A DNA stretch of 61,568 nucleotides, filler included, from an uncultured Rhodopirellula sp. (GTDB lineage: Bacteria > Planctomycetota > Planctomycetia > Pirellulales > Pirellulaceae): NCBI GenBank assembly GCA_964007735.1. It is 5 parts of 5 records of this genome, joined end to end, with 100 filler letters (N's around TTAATTAATTAA, not from the genome) between each part and the next. Parts side by side here need not be neighbours in the genome. Positions count along the whole stretch, not along the records: positions 1 to 12,899 come from CAXGAI010000080.1; positions 13,000 to 25,284 come from CAXGAI010000081.1; 3 more parts are not named here. One strand, written 5' to 3'. The position numbers and the translations under genes were made by a program. Below the pieces are notes generated by a model, which worked only from the letters and a program-made list of their open reading frames with translations, was not told the origin of the DNA and did no database searches. Of this stretch, positions 9,874 through 20,500 are shown piece by piece. Numbering within the stretch: the first letter of the stretch is position 1; the number at the start of each line of letters is the position of its first letter.

Positions 9874-10290
9874 TTAACGTTTCGAGAATTGGGTTCCTCG
9901 ACGAGCACCATGCAGACCCGGTTTCTTACGTTCGCTCATACGTGAGTCACGAGTGAGGAAGCCGCCGCCACGCATCGCCTCAAAATGTTCTTCGTTGTGG
10001 CTGATAATTGCGCGAGCCAAACCCATCCGAACGGCCCCGGACTGACCGGTGGTTCCACCACCGTTGCAAGTACAAATCACATCAACGCTTTCGGCTTCGC
10101 CCGCGGTTTCTAGAACTTCCTGAATAGCCCGGCGATCTTTCTCAAACTTGAAGTACTCTTCGAGAGTTTTTTTGTTGACAGTGATAACTCCTGATCCTGG
10201 ACGAACACGCACACGTGCTACAGATGACTTACGTCGACCGGTGCCTAAGGAATCACCATTGAACTTGCATTTTTTAACTACTGCTGGCAT
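9874..10290 (-). CDS. rpsI: 30S ribosomal protein S9
   Basis: GTGRRKSSVARV, GGGTTGQSGAVR, C-terminal QFSKR. Confidence 0.98.
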   Translation of the reverse strand: MPAVVKKCKFNGDSLGTGRRKSSVARVRVRPGSGVITVNKKTLEEYFKFEKDRRAIQEVLETAGEAESVDVICTCNGGGTTGQSGAVRMGLARAIISHNEEHFEAMRGGGFLTRDSRMSERKKPGLHGARRGTQFSKR

Positions 10291-10359
10291 TGTTTTATTT
10301 TGTTGTTGGATCGAAAAGTAATTTTATAAAGTGAAAATCGAAACTCATCCCAACTAGCG

Positions 10360-10797
10360 TTAGCTAAGTTCTCGTGGAGTTGGATTCTGGGCTTGATGTG
10401 TGTGATCACCACCAGTAAAAATCTTCAGTTTGCTGAGCATCACACGTCCTAATTTATTTTTAGGTAACATGCGGCGAACAGCTTCTTGTAAGATCAACTC
10501 AGGAGCTTTTTCCATTCGTTTTTCCGCCGTGATCGACTTCTGCCCAGGGTAGCCTGTGTACCAGGTATAGGTCTTTTGCTCCCACTTTTTACCGCTGAAA
10601 GAAACCTTTTCAGCGTTAATGATGACCACAAAGTCACCAGTATCAACATGAGGCGTATAAGACGGTTTGTCTTTACCCATTAGAATCACGGCAATTTTGC
10701 TAGCCAAGCGGCCAACGCTTTTATCAGATGCATCTACGAGCCACCAGTTTTGGGTGACCTCGCCAGTTTTAGCCATATAGGTCTTTTGAGCGACCAA
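10360..10797 (-). CDS. rplM: 50S ribosomal protein L13
   Basis: WWLVDA, GRLAS, YTPHVDTGDFVVIINAEKV, AVRRMLPKN. TTG start at 10797 is preceded by a GAGGT RBS. Confidence 0.97.
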   Translation of the reverse strand: MVAQKTYMAKTGEVTQNWWLVDASDKSVGRLASKIAVILMGKDKPSYTPHVDTGDFVVIINAEKVSFSGKKWEQKTYTWYTGYPGQKSITAEKRMEKAPELILQEAVRRMLPKNKLGRVMLSKLKIFTGGDHTHQAQNPTPRELS

Positions 10798-10849
10798 CGT
10801 TCTTACCTCATATATATAGTAAGTACACAAATATGTTGGGAAACAAGCG

Positions 10850-10878
10850 ATTCTAACCCTGTAAATTCCACCTAACAA
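10850..10878 (-). promoter_or_regulatory. Putative sigma70 promoter of rplM-rpsI
   Basis: Minus strand TTGTTA-N17-TAGAAT about 50 nt upstream of the rplM start. Confidence 0.45.
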
Positions 10879-11323
10879 GGGCTAAAAACATGTATGACTA
10901 GGCTTTTTATCGGATTCTCAGATATCAGATACTGGTGAGTGCTTTAGCCGTACGGTTATGAGGAAAAAAGTAGTCATTCATTGGTTTGGGCATTGTTACC
11001 GACAAGATATCTGCCAAGGCGAATCCGCTGAGAAGAAGTCTTATTTTTTTGTCGTGGGCGGCCCGTTAAAAGGCTGTTTTTTACGTAGCTCAAGGCCAAG
11101 AAAATTTGAAAGGAACAATTCAAATAGTCCTCACATTCGGGGATTTGGGATAGCTATAAAACACCTCAAAGTGTTCTATTATTAGTGCACGGGAGCCAGG
11201 CTTGTTCAGTGACGATTGTGCCAAGGCATTCGGTGTTTATTTTATTCCAATATTTCCCCTTGGATTGCCATTTCAACAGATGATTGAATGGCAAAATCCA
11301 ATTGTGAATTTCAAGAAATAGCG

Positions 11324-12899
11324 ATGATGAAAAAAGTTGCAGTTGTTCGAGAACGTTTCCCTCATGAACGTCGTGTAGCCTTATTACCCGAGAATGTGGA
11401 AAAACTAAAGGCCGCAGGCTATGAAGTACTTGTTGAGTATGAAGCAGGAAAATCGGCAGGTATTTCAGATCAACTTTACGAAGAGGCAGGCGCGACGTTA
11501 ACCGATCGGAGGGGTTTAGCTGGTGCTGATGTCTTGGTGCAGGTGAGAAGTCTGGGAGCCAATGTAGTTAATGGAACAGACGATCTGGAGCTAATCCGTT
11601 CAGGTCAACTCGTCATTGGAATGTGTGACCCTCTTGGCAATACTGAAGCGATTCAGGAATTGGCTAGCCATGGTGTTAGTCAGATTGCACTCGAGATGGT
11701 ACCACGTATCACTAAAGCTCAAAGTATGGATGTACTCTCATCCATGGCCACAATTGCTGGCTATAGAGCGGTATTACACGCGGCCTATCGGTTGCCTCGT
11801 ATGTTTCCCTTAAATATGACTGCGGCCGGAACTTTGGCGGCGGCCAAGGTGTTCATTATCGGCGCCGGCGTCGCGGGTCTTCAGGCTGCTGCAACAGCAA
11901 AAAGACTTGGAGCGATTGTAAGTGCTTTTGATGTTCGTCCAGATTGCCGCGAACAAGTCGAGAGCGTGGGAGCTCGCTTTGTTGAGTTTGAATTGGAATC
12001 TGAAAATGCTGAAGATGCAGGCGGATACGCTCGGCAGCAAACAGAGGAATTTCTTAATAAGCAACGTGAGTTCATGGCAGAGGTCGCCTCAGAGCATGAT
12101 ATTGTCATTACCACGGCGGCAATTCCTGGCCGTCAGTCACCACTGTTGTTGACCACCGAAGCCGTCAAAGGAATGGTCAATGGTTCTGTTATTGTTGACC
12201 TTGCAGCTGAACGTGGAGGAAATTGCTCAGAGACACAAGCTGATGAAACAATCGTAGTTGACGGAGTGACTATTCTTGGCCCGACCAATCTGCCATCAGA
12301 GATTCCATATCACGCCAGTCAAATGTTCGGCAATAATGTTACGACACTCTTACTCTATTTGCTCAATGAAGACTGTGATATTGAACTTGATTTAACCGAT
12401 GATGTTCTCGCCGGTTGTCTGGTCTCCAAAAATGGTCAAATCGTTAATGAGAGAATTGGCGACTTGTTAGGAATGGAAACGATTCCTTCCGCCGAAGAAG
12501 ATCCGAAAGTTACAGAGCAGGAAGAATATGAACTAGAAACCGGAGGCGAAGCTCTGAATGAGTCTGGAGACCAGAATAGTGTTGTCTCCGAGAAACCCGA
12601 ATACGGGGAAGATGCTGAAAACGAAGAATCCGTCGAAGAAACAGCGGATGAATCTGTATCGGATGGAGATGGTGAACTACAAGAGAATGATGAAGAAGTA
12701 GGATGCGAAGTTGAATTGCAAGAAGAAACTAGCTTAGAAGAAGAGTACGAGGAAGAAGAGGAAGCAGAGGAAGAGGAAGCAGAGCACGAAGAAGGAGAGT
12801 ACGAAGAGGAAGAAGTAGGAGAAGAGTACGAGGAAGCAGAGTACGAGGAAGCAGAGGAAGAGGAAGCAGAGCACGAAGAAGGAGAGTACGAAGAGGAAG
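11324..12899 (+). CDS. pntAA: NAD(P) transhydrogenase subunit alpha part 1 (domain I) with a long Glu-rich C-terminal extension, 3' truncated at the contig end
   Basis: ERRVAL, PRITKAQSMDVLSSMATIAGY, GAGVAGLQA, ITTAAIPG, VDLAAERGGNC; no TM part; acidic tail runs into the gap. Confidence 0.9.
12758..12899 (+). repeat. Exact 55-nt direct repeat (12758-12812 and 12845-12899; 87-nt period) in a purine-rich Glu-coding tract
   Basis: GAGGAAGCAGAGGAAGAGGAAGCAGAGCACGAAGAAGGAGAGTACGAAGAGGAAG occurs twice. Confidence 0.9.
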
Positions 12900-12999
12900 N
12901 NNNNNNNNNNNNNNNNNNNNNNNNNNNNNNNNNNNNNNNNNNNTTAATTAATTAANNNNNNNNNNNNNNNNNNNNNNNNNNNNNNNNNNNNNNNNNNNN
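12900..12999. other. Artificial contig linker
   Basis: N44-TTAATTAATTAA-N44 (stops in all six frames). Confidence 0.99.
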
Positions 13000-14882
13000 C
13001 CTCCTCCGTCGCGTCGGCGTCCCCGTGAGTCACCGTCACGACGTCCGCGCGAACCTCTTCGGTCGCGATCTCCATCGCGTCGTCGTCCGCGATCTCCATC
13101 CCGTCCGCCTCGATGATTGCGGTCGCCGTATCTGTTAGGTCGTGCCGGGGGTTCTTCTAACCCTTTGACACCCTCAGCAACGTGGCCTTTGTCAGTTTTA
13201 ACCCTTTTAAAGGAAACTCGTTGGCCTTCACCAAGTGAATCGAATCGCCAACGCCCAAAGACATTACTCATATGGAAATAGAGCTCTTTGCCGGATTTCG
13301 TCTTAATAAAACCGAATCCCTTATCCGACAACTTGACGATAACACCTTCAGAAATTCTCGCGCGTCTGGGAGTTGGGCGAACTTTCATTTTTCTCGGTCC
13401 GTCCGAGTTGTTTTCGGTGGGGGGATTCTCTGATTTGCGAAGTGAGCGTTTTACCGGAGTTTCAGGTTTGTTCTTTTGCCCTTCGGTCATTGGAATCTCC
13501 AGGAGTTCCGATAATTCGTCGGTTGGTTCTGGTTCAACGATCTCGTCAAGGCGAGTGTCTTCGGTCATTAAGATCTCCATTGATTCCGATGATTCGTCCA
13601 TCTGTTCTGGTTTAACGATCTCGTCAGGACGAGTGTCTTCGGTTATAGCGTCGTGTTCATTCGTAATGTTATCTGTTTCGGCGTTTGCTTCCTCTTCCAT
13701 CGACGAAATCTCTTGAGTGGTAGTAACTTCCCTTTTGATTTCAGGGGTATGGTATGAATCTCCGGGGTTTTTCATGATCTGGATGGGAAACCCAATGAGC
13801 GTTTCAATTTCAGCCAGCGTTCCCTTTTCATGGGTTGCACAGAATGATACTGCGACACCTTTGGCACCGGCGCGACCAGTGCGGCCAATGCGGTGTATAT
13901 AATCCTCAATGTCAAACGGGAGATCGTAATTGAAGACGTGAGTGATGCCATCGATGTCGATCCCTCGGGAGGCAACATCTGTGGCAACTAAAATCTGAAC
14001 GTTTTCTTTGCGGAACTTGTTCATGATACGCTCTCGCTGGGTCTGGCGTTTGTTGCCATGGATCGTATCGGTTTTGAACCCTTTCTTATTAAGCCACGTG
14101 GTCAGTTTGTCCGCCGTATGCTTCTTGTTGACGAACACGATGGTTTGGCCGGGAGTTAGTTCGTGGAGTAACCGAAGGAGAAGAGGCCGCTTCTTTGCAT
14201 TCTCGACATGACAGAGATACTGAGTGACGGTATCCACTGCCGGAAATTCGGGCGCGATGTCAACTCGGAAAGGATCCTGCAGCAAACTACCTGCCAGTTT
14301 AGCCACCTTGTCGTCGATCGTTGCCGAGAAGAACATGGAGTGTCTTTTATCTGGAAGTTCTGCCATGATTCGTTCGAGATCCGGTTGAAATCCCATGTCG
14401 AGCATGCGATCTGCTTCGTCGAGGACAAAAGACTCAAGTTCACTCAGGCCTAACGCACCTTGTTGGAGCAAATCGATAAGACGGCCTGGTGTAGCGATGA
14501 CGATATGAGAACCTCGCTTCATGGCCTTGATTTGTCGAACTTCGGAAACTCCACCGTAAATCAAAGTGTGACGGAGGAATAAGTTTGCTCCGTAGGTGTC
14601 AAAGCTTTCCCCAATCTGGATCACAAGCTCACGCGTTGGAGCAAGGATCAATGCTTTGGGAAGAAAAGGGACCGCCTTACGGTTCTTTTTTCCCAACCTG
14701 TTTAGGATCGGTAAGGCAAATGCAGCTGTTTTTCCGGTCCCTGTTTGTGCGCAACCCAGAATGTCTCGGCCTTCGAGAGCTGGGGGAATGGCCCGAACCT
14801 GAATTGGCGTAGGGGTGACATAGTTGGCATCGGCTAACGCACGCTGCAACTGGTCGATCAGATTAATGTCCTGGAAGTCCAT
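13000..14882 (-). CDS. DEAD-box RNA helicase (RhlE-like) fused to a C-terminal cold-shock domain and an Arg/Gly/Asp tail, 3' truncated
   Basis: Q-motif, AQTGTGKT, PTREL, DEAD, SAT, HRIGRTGR; then KGFGFI...ELYFHMS (CSD RNP1/RNP2) and RRRDGD repeats. Confidence 0.92.
13481..13644 (-). repeat. 78-nt (26-aa) imperfect tandem duplication in the helicase linker
   Basis: TEDTRPDEIVKPEQMDESSESMEILM / TEDTRLDEIVEPEPTDELSELLEIPM. Confidence 0.85.
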
Positions 14883-14991
14883 AGAAGTTCTAAACGAGGG
14901 CGAAGGCATTCAACACACGACGGAAGTCTTCCTGACTATAGCTACCCTTGCTGTAGTCGAATAGTGCAAACCCCAAAAGGCTCGTCGATGA

Positions 14992-16053
14992 TTATTCAAT
15001 GACCTGAAGCCACCATGGTCGCTTACCGGTGCCGACAGTTCCTTTGCGTGAGAGCACGCCAGTCCGTCTGTTTCGGCTAAAGATTGCAATGGTTCCGGAA
15101 TCCTGACCGCCGGCATACAACCACTTGCCACACGGACTAATCACAAAACTACGTGGGTTTGGTTCTGTCTCATAAATTCCGACAAGGGATAGCGTACCCC
15201 AGCGTTGATGGATTTTGAATGTGGCAATACTGTTGTGTCCCCGATTCGCGACATACATAAACCGGCCGTCAGCAGATAGCGTCATTCTGGCGGTTGCCCC
15301 TTTGCCTGCCGGCCATTCTTCGGGGACAGATGAAAGAATCTGCTTTGTGATTAACAGACCGTTCGGTTTGATCTCATAAAAAACGGCCTTATTACCCTGC
15401 TCGTAATCACCATAAAGCCATGGTTTTTTGGGGTGGGTTGCAAGATGCCGAGGCCCCGTGGATTCAGGTGAGACAAGTGATCCGTTCTCAAGAACCGTTA
15501 GTTGACCGGTGCTGTCGTCAAAACCAAACTGCACAATCAGATTCGGTCCGGTGTGAGGGATATACACGAAGCGATTATCGTTAGTGGCAGCGACTCCATG
15601 AGCGTTTAAAGCGGTTTCGCCAAAGAAGGCTGCTTCCTGTTTCAGTACTCCCATATTATCGACGGCGTGAACGGAAACTCGTCCCGTATGATAATAGGCG
15701 GTGATTAACCACTTACCTGAATGATCTTGCCAGTGATAAGCCGGGTCGCGATCGGCTTTGATTGTACTAAGGTGCTTTAAGCTACTCGTGGCATGATCAA
15801 TAGCATAGGATGCCAGTTCACCAGCATTCCTCAAAGACACAAACAGAGTATTTCCGTCCTGAGATACGGACATAGGGCCAGGATCGGATTCTGTCTTGTG
15901 ATCGCGAACATGGGTTAGCTCACCTGTACGCGTGTTGATTTCGAAGATTGCCAGATGCTGTTCATCCGGGAGGGAGACGAGTAGAAAAGGTTTGGCAAAC
16001 AGGGAACTGCTGTAAAGAACTGCCAATATACAGAAGAGTATTCGATTAAACAC
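14992..16053 (-). CDS. Lactonase family beta-propeller (6-phosphogluconolactonase-like), secreted
   Basis: Signal peptide; GPRHLATHP, YVANRGHNSIA, PRSFVISPCGKWL motifs. Confidence 0.85.
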   Translation of the reverse strand: MFNRILFCILAVLYSSSLFAKPFLLVSLPDEQHLAIFEINTRTGELTHVRDHKTESDPGPMSVSQDGNTLFVSLRNAGELASYAIDHATSSLKHLSTIKADRDPAYHWQDHSGKWLITAYYHTGRVSVHAVDNMGVLKQEAAFFGETALNAHGVAATNDNRFVYIPHTGPNLIVQFGFDDSTGQLTVLENGSLVSPESTGPRHLATHPKKPWLYGDYEQGNKAVFYEIKPNGLLITKQILSSVPEEWPAGKGATARMTLSADGRFMYVANRGHNSIATFKIHQRWGTLSLVGIYETEPNPRSFVISPCGKWLYAGGQDSGTIAIFSRNRRTGVLSRKGTVGTGKRPWWLQVIE

Positions 16054-16101
16054 ACGGTGGTCCTTCGTGAGATGTTATGACGATTGATGAGGAGCTATAG
16101 G

Positions 16102-17484
16102 TTAGCTAAGTATGTTATGAATTACTTCACCGTGTACATCCGTTAAGCGGAAATCTCGTCCCGCATACCGATAGGTCAGCCTGGTGTGATCTAATCCGAG
16201 TTGATGCAGCAAAGTGGCGTGTAGATCATGGAAGTGAACTTTGTTCTCCACAGCATAATAGCCATATTCGTCAGTCTCACCATATTGAATGCCGGGCTTC
16301 ATACCTCCGCCAGCAAAGAACATGGTACAGGCATGAGGGTTGTGATCGCGCCCGTCGCGCTCGCCCTGCGAAACCGGGGTTCTACCAAATTCGCCGCCCC
16401 ACCAGAGGATGGTGTCTTCCAGTAAGCCTCTTTGTTTGAGATCCGTTAGTAACGCAGAGATCGGCTGATCAACTTCCATTGCGTTACTGCGGTGAGCGCT
16501 TTCCAAAGCGCCATGTTGATCCCACTTATAGCTGTGAGAGAGTTGAATGAAACGGACTCCGGCTTCCGCGAAACGGCGGGCCATCAGGCACTGCAGCCCA
16601 AAATCTTTTGTAGGGCCGTTGTTGATTCCATACATTTCTAGCGTTTTGGCCGTTTCCGTGGAAATGTCCTGTAGCTGGGGCGCTTGCGTCTGAAGCCGGA
16701 AAGCAAGTTCAAAGGATTTGATCCGCGACTCTAACTCAGTGTCTGGCCCCGTGGACTCGAGATGCTTTGTGTTGATATTCTTGAGCATCTTTTGCTCGAG
16801 TTGCTGGATAGCTGTTGAGGTAGAGCCTTTGATAAAGGGTATCTTGGCGTTTTCACTTGCCGTGCCGGCATTGCCAATTGGCGTACCCTGATATAATGCT
16901 GGCAGAAAGGCGCTGCCCCAGTTGTTCGCACCGCCATGAGTTAGCGATGGACAGACCGTTATGTAACACGGGAGATTCTGATTCTCATTGCCAAGCCCAT
17001 ATCCCAACCAGCTGCCCATACTTGGGCGAATAAACGTATCACTTCCCGTGTGTAGTTCCAACAGAGCTGCGCCATGTCGTGAGTTTGATCCATGGATTGA
17101 TTTTACAAATGTTAACTCATCCACGTGCTTGGCGATGTGTGGGAAAATCTCACTGACCCACATTCCGGATTCACCATACTGCTTAAACCTGAATGGCGAC
17201 TTAAGTAGGTTGCCTGTTGCTGCCGATACTACGCGAGGCTTGGCAAAAGGAACCGGTTTGTTGTCGTCTTTGGCAAGCTGGGGTTTGTAGTCAAAAGTGT
17301 CGACTTGACTTGGGCCACCATGCATAAACAGAAAGATGATCCGTTTGGCCTTTGCTGGAAAGTGGGGCTGACGCGGAATGAGATTAGGTTCTTCCGCTTT
17401 GGCGCTTTGGTCCATGAGTCCCGCTAACGCCATGGACCCAAATCCGACCGCCGTATTCTTTAATAATTGTCTTCGTGTTTGCAT
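16102..17484 (-). CDS. DUF1501 family protein with a Tat-like leader
   Basis: RRQLL leader; IFLFMHGGPSQVDTFDYKP, WDQH, GEFGRTP, GRDHNP, RLTDVHG. Confidence 0.92.
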   Translation of the reverse strand: MQTRRQLLKNTAVGFGSMALAGLMDQSAKAEEPNLIPRQPHFPAKAKRIIFLFMHGGPSQVDTFDYKPQLAKDDNKPVPFAKPRVVSAATGNLLKSPFRFKQYGESGMWVSEIFPHIAKHVDELTFVKSIHGSNSRHGAALLELHTGSDTFIRPSMGSWLGYGLGNENQNLPCYITVCPSLTHGGANNWGSAFLPALYQGTPIGNAGTASENAKIPFIKGSTSTAIQQLEQKMLKNINTKHLESTGPDTELESRIKSFELAFRLQTQAPQLQDISTETAKTLEMYGINNGPTKDFGLQCLMARRFAEAGVRFIQLSHSYKWDQHGALESAHRSNAMEVDQPISALLTDLKQRGLLEDTILWWGGEFGRTPVSQGERDGRDHNPHACTMFFAGGGMKPGIQYGETDEYGYYAVENKVHFHDLHATLLHQLGLDHTRLTYRYAGRDFRLTDVHGEVIHNILS

Positions 17485-17512
17485 CAGACTACTTCTTGAC
17501 TGTCGTCGGAAT

Positions 17513-20500
17513 CTATTCGACGTAAAAGAACTCGTTAGTGGAAAGTAAAACGCGACAAAAACTTTGCCAGGCCGCTAGCTCGGCATCTTCTATGGCAATC
17601 CCGGCACTGGAAGCAGCGCCAGTAACCTGCTGTGTGTAAGCTTGTGCATCCACAATTTCCTGTTCATTTGGGGTTCGTCCCATGATCACTGAATAAGCAC
17701 GCTCAATTCGATCGCTAGAATTACTAGCGATAAGGCTTGAAGCTAACGCTAACGTGGACGCATCAACTAGTGAACTGTTCATCATGAAAAGAGCCTGAGG
17801 TGCGACGGTTGTTGTGTTGCGATCGCCATTGGATACCGCGGGATCAGGGAAATCTAAGGCCTGTAACACTTCGTAGACGGAACTACGTACTACAGGCAAA
17901 TAAACGCTGCGACGGTAATTGTCGAACTCGTCCGTGATGTTCGTGTTAGACCCGGTGACATAGGCGCGATTCTTAACCTTCAGGAGCGTGCCTCCCATTT
18001 TTGTATCCAGGCCGGGGCCGAGCGCTAATACGCTGTCTCGTATTTCTTCCCCGGTAAGACGACGGCGATTAAAACGCCACAAGAGCTTGTTTTCAGGGTC
18101 AGTCGTATTTCCCTGCTCGCTGTAAGTGGTACTCATTTGGTAGGTAGCAGATAGCATAATCTGACGATGTAATTGCTTTAAAGAGCCACCGTTTTCAGTT
18201 AGTTCTAGTGCTAGATAATCGAGTAGTTCAGGGTGAGTTGGCTGTTCACCGAGTGTGCCGAAATTATCAACACTGGAAACGATCCCGGTCCCAAAATGCC
18301 AACGCCAAACGCGATTTGCCATGACTCGGTTAACTAGGGGGTGTTGGGGCTGTGCTAGCCAGTTTGCCAACTCCAGACGCCCGCTTTGAGTCCCGGTGAT
18401 CGGCTCCTGTTCTGAACCTTCAATGATTTGCAACATTTGCCGCGGAACGGTCCGGCCCAGTGTAATGTGACTGCCTCGAAGGTGTATTTTAATATCTTCG
18501 GGAGTCCCTTCGGTAACCCCCATGGCGATTTCGAAGACAGGTTTTTGGGATTCTAATTCGTTAATAGTTTTGGCAATCGCCTGCCGCTGCTCCATTTGGT
18601 CCTCAGGATAAGCGGTTGCGGGAATTGGATTTGGCGTCGATGTAGGAAATTCACCTTTCGAAATTTCATCAAAGACCTCTTTGTAAATGACCTTTGCATC
18701 GTCTCCGAGGTTTTTGTTGGCATGATGACTATCAACAATTAATCTGCGATATAAGATTGCAACATCCTCGATCGAAGATGGGGGTGCCTTGGCGAATAGG
18801 GCTTTTAGTACGGGCGGGGCTTTGGTGCCGAGTCCTTCCTCCGTTTGTAATTCTTCGAGTTTCGGCTTGGCCTTCGTTGCAAAGTCAGCGTCTTCTATAG
18901 CGACTAATGCCAACCATGTTTCAAGAAACGGATGGGTCTGTAGCTTTGCTGCAGTGAGGCTGCCCAAATACCATAACCAGGAACTTAGGAAAGTGGGGTT
19001 AATGTCATGTTCCCGACCTGCGGTGGTCAGGCTTGGCGGGGCCGGTGTGTCGAAGGGCCAAATATCCGCTTCCGGTTGAAGGACTAATGCGAGCTTGTCA
19101 ATGTGCGGATAAACCTTGGGGGAATCCAGTTTGAGTACATGTTGGCCCTGAGTTAGTTCGAATTCAACTTCCGCAACCCATGTTTGCGTGTCCGGGAACC
19201 ATGAGCCGGTGACTTTACCGAGAATGTTATCGGCTATCATTTGGTCGTCAAGTTTGACACCAATCGACCGGGAATCGAGAGCGGCATAGCGAATTTCCAG
19301 TGTGTACGTTCCGGGCGTGTTAACAAGGATATCAAATTCGGCATAACCGCCGTCACCGCCGCTGCCGACAATCCCAATCTCTTTGCCATAGCTTGCGGAT
19401 AAGATGCTCAGCGTCGTGCGATGAGCTGCCTCTGCCTCCACGGCCAGATAGCCATTGGTAACGGTGAAGGGTTCGTCCTGTTTCTTGTGGACAGTGATTC
19501 CTCCGGCAGTGATTGCTTCATCGAGGCTGCCAACCGCCCGTGCAGCGAGGAGGTAGCGGTCTGCTCTATGCTGCAGCTCATTTTCGACTATTTCTACAAC
19601 ACTGCGATTAAGTTTGTTTTGTTCGGCCCGGGCCGCCGCAATCTCATCGGTCAATTGTTTTAACTTGGCACTGGCCGTCGGCGAAAGCAGTGGGTGTTCA
19701 TACCAATCAGCTACGACGTTGTAATTTTCCATCGACTTCGTGCTTTTGAAGATTCCGGCAAGTGAATAATAGTCTGCTGTGGGGATGGGGTCGAATTTGT
19801 GATCATGACAGCGTGCACAGCCTAAGGTTAATCCCATGAACGCTTGACCCAAAGTATTTACCTGCTCATCAATAATGTCCATCTGCATTTTAACGGGATC
19901 ATCTTCTGCCAGCATTTTAGGGCCGATGGCTAGAAAGCCGGTCGCCCGTCTCCGGTCTTCAGCAGCGAGCTTGTCTGATAGTTGAGGCATTAGATCGCCA
20001 GCAATTTGCTCTTTGACAAATTCACCGTAGGGCTTGTCCAAATTCATCGCGCGAATAACATAATCCCGATATTGATAAGCAAACTCATACGACAGGTTTT
20101 CGTCCAGACCGTTAGAGTCCGCATAGCGAGCAACGTCCAGCCAGTGGCGTCCCCATCGTTCACCGTACCTTGGCGATCCTAATAACCGATCGATTAGATT
20201 GCTATATGCATCGGGACTGTCGTCGCTAACGAAGGTGGAAATCTCCTCTGGCGTCGGAGGTAGTCCGGTAAGATCAAACGTGGCCCGACGAATTAATGTT
20301 CGTTTGTTGGATTGAGTTGCTGGGATTAAATTGGCCGCTTCCAGTTTTGCCAGAATAAAGTAGTCGATAGGAGTTTGTGGCCAGTTGTTATTGTTGACCG
20401 CGGGCAATGAAGACCGCTTCGGTGGCTGGAAGGCCCAGTAGGTTTTTTGTTCTTCGGTGAATTTAGCCGTCAGTGCATCGGAGCTTTGGCCAATGTTTGC

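Noticed and set aside
10958..11185. 75-aa ORF between rplM and pntAA
   Set aside because: No recognisable motif, and it lies in an AT-rich divergent promoter region; probably spurious.
12742..12899. Purine-rich repeats as a possible CRISPR array
   Set aside because: They are in-frame Glu-coding repeats with no unique spacers and no cas genes.
12944..12955. TTAATTAATTAA palindrome recurring four times
   Set aside because: It is an artificial six-frame-stop spacer inside N runs, not biological.
12470..13140. Acidic PntAA tail facing the basic helicase tail as an interacting pair
   Set aside because: The two genes are on different contigs, adjacent only through the linker.
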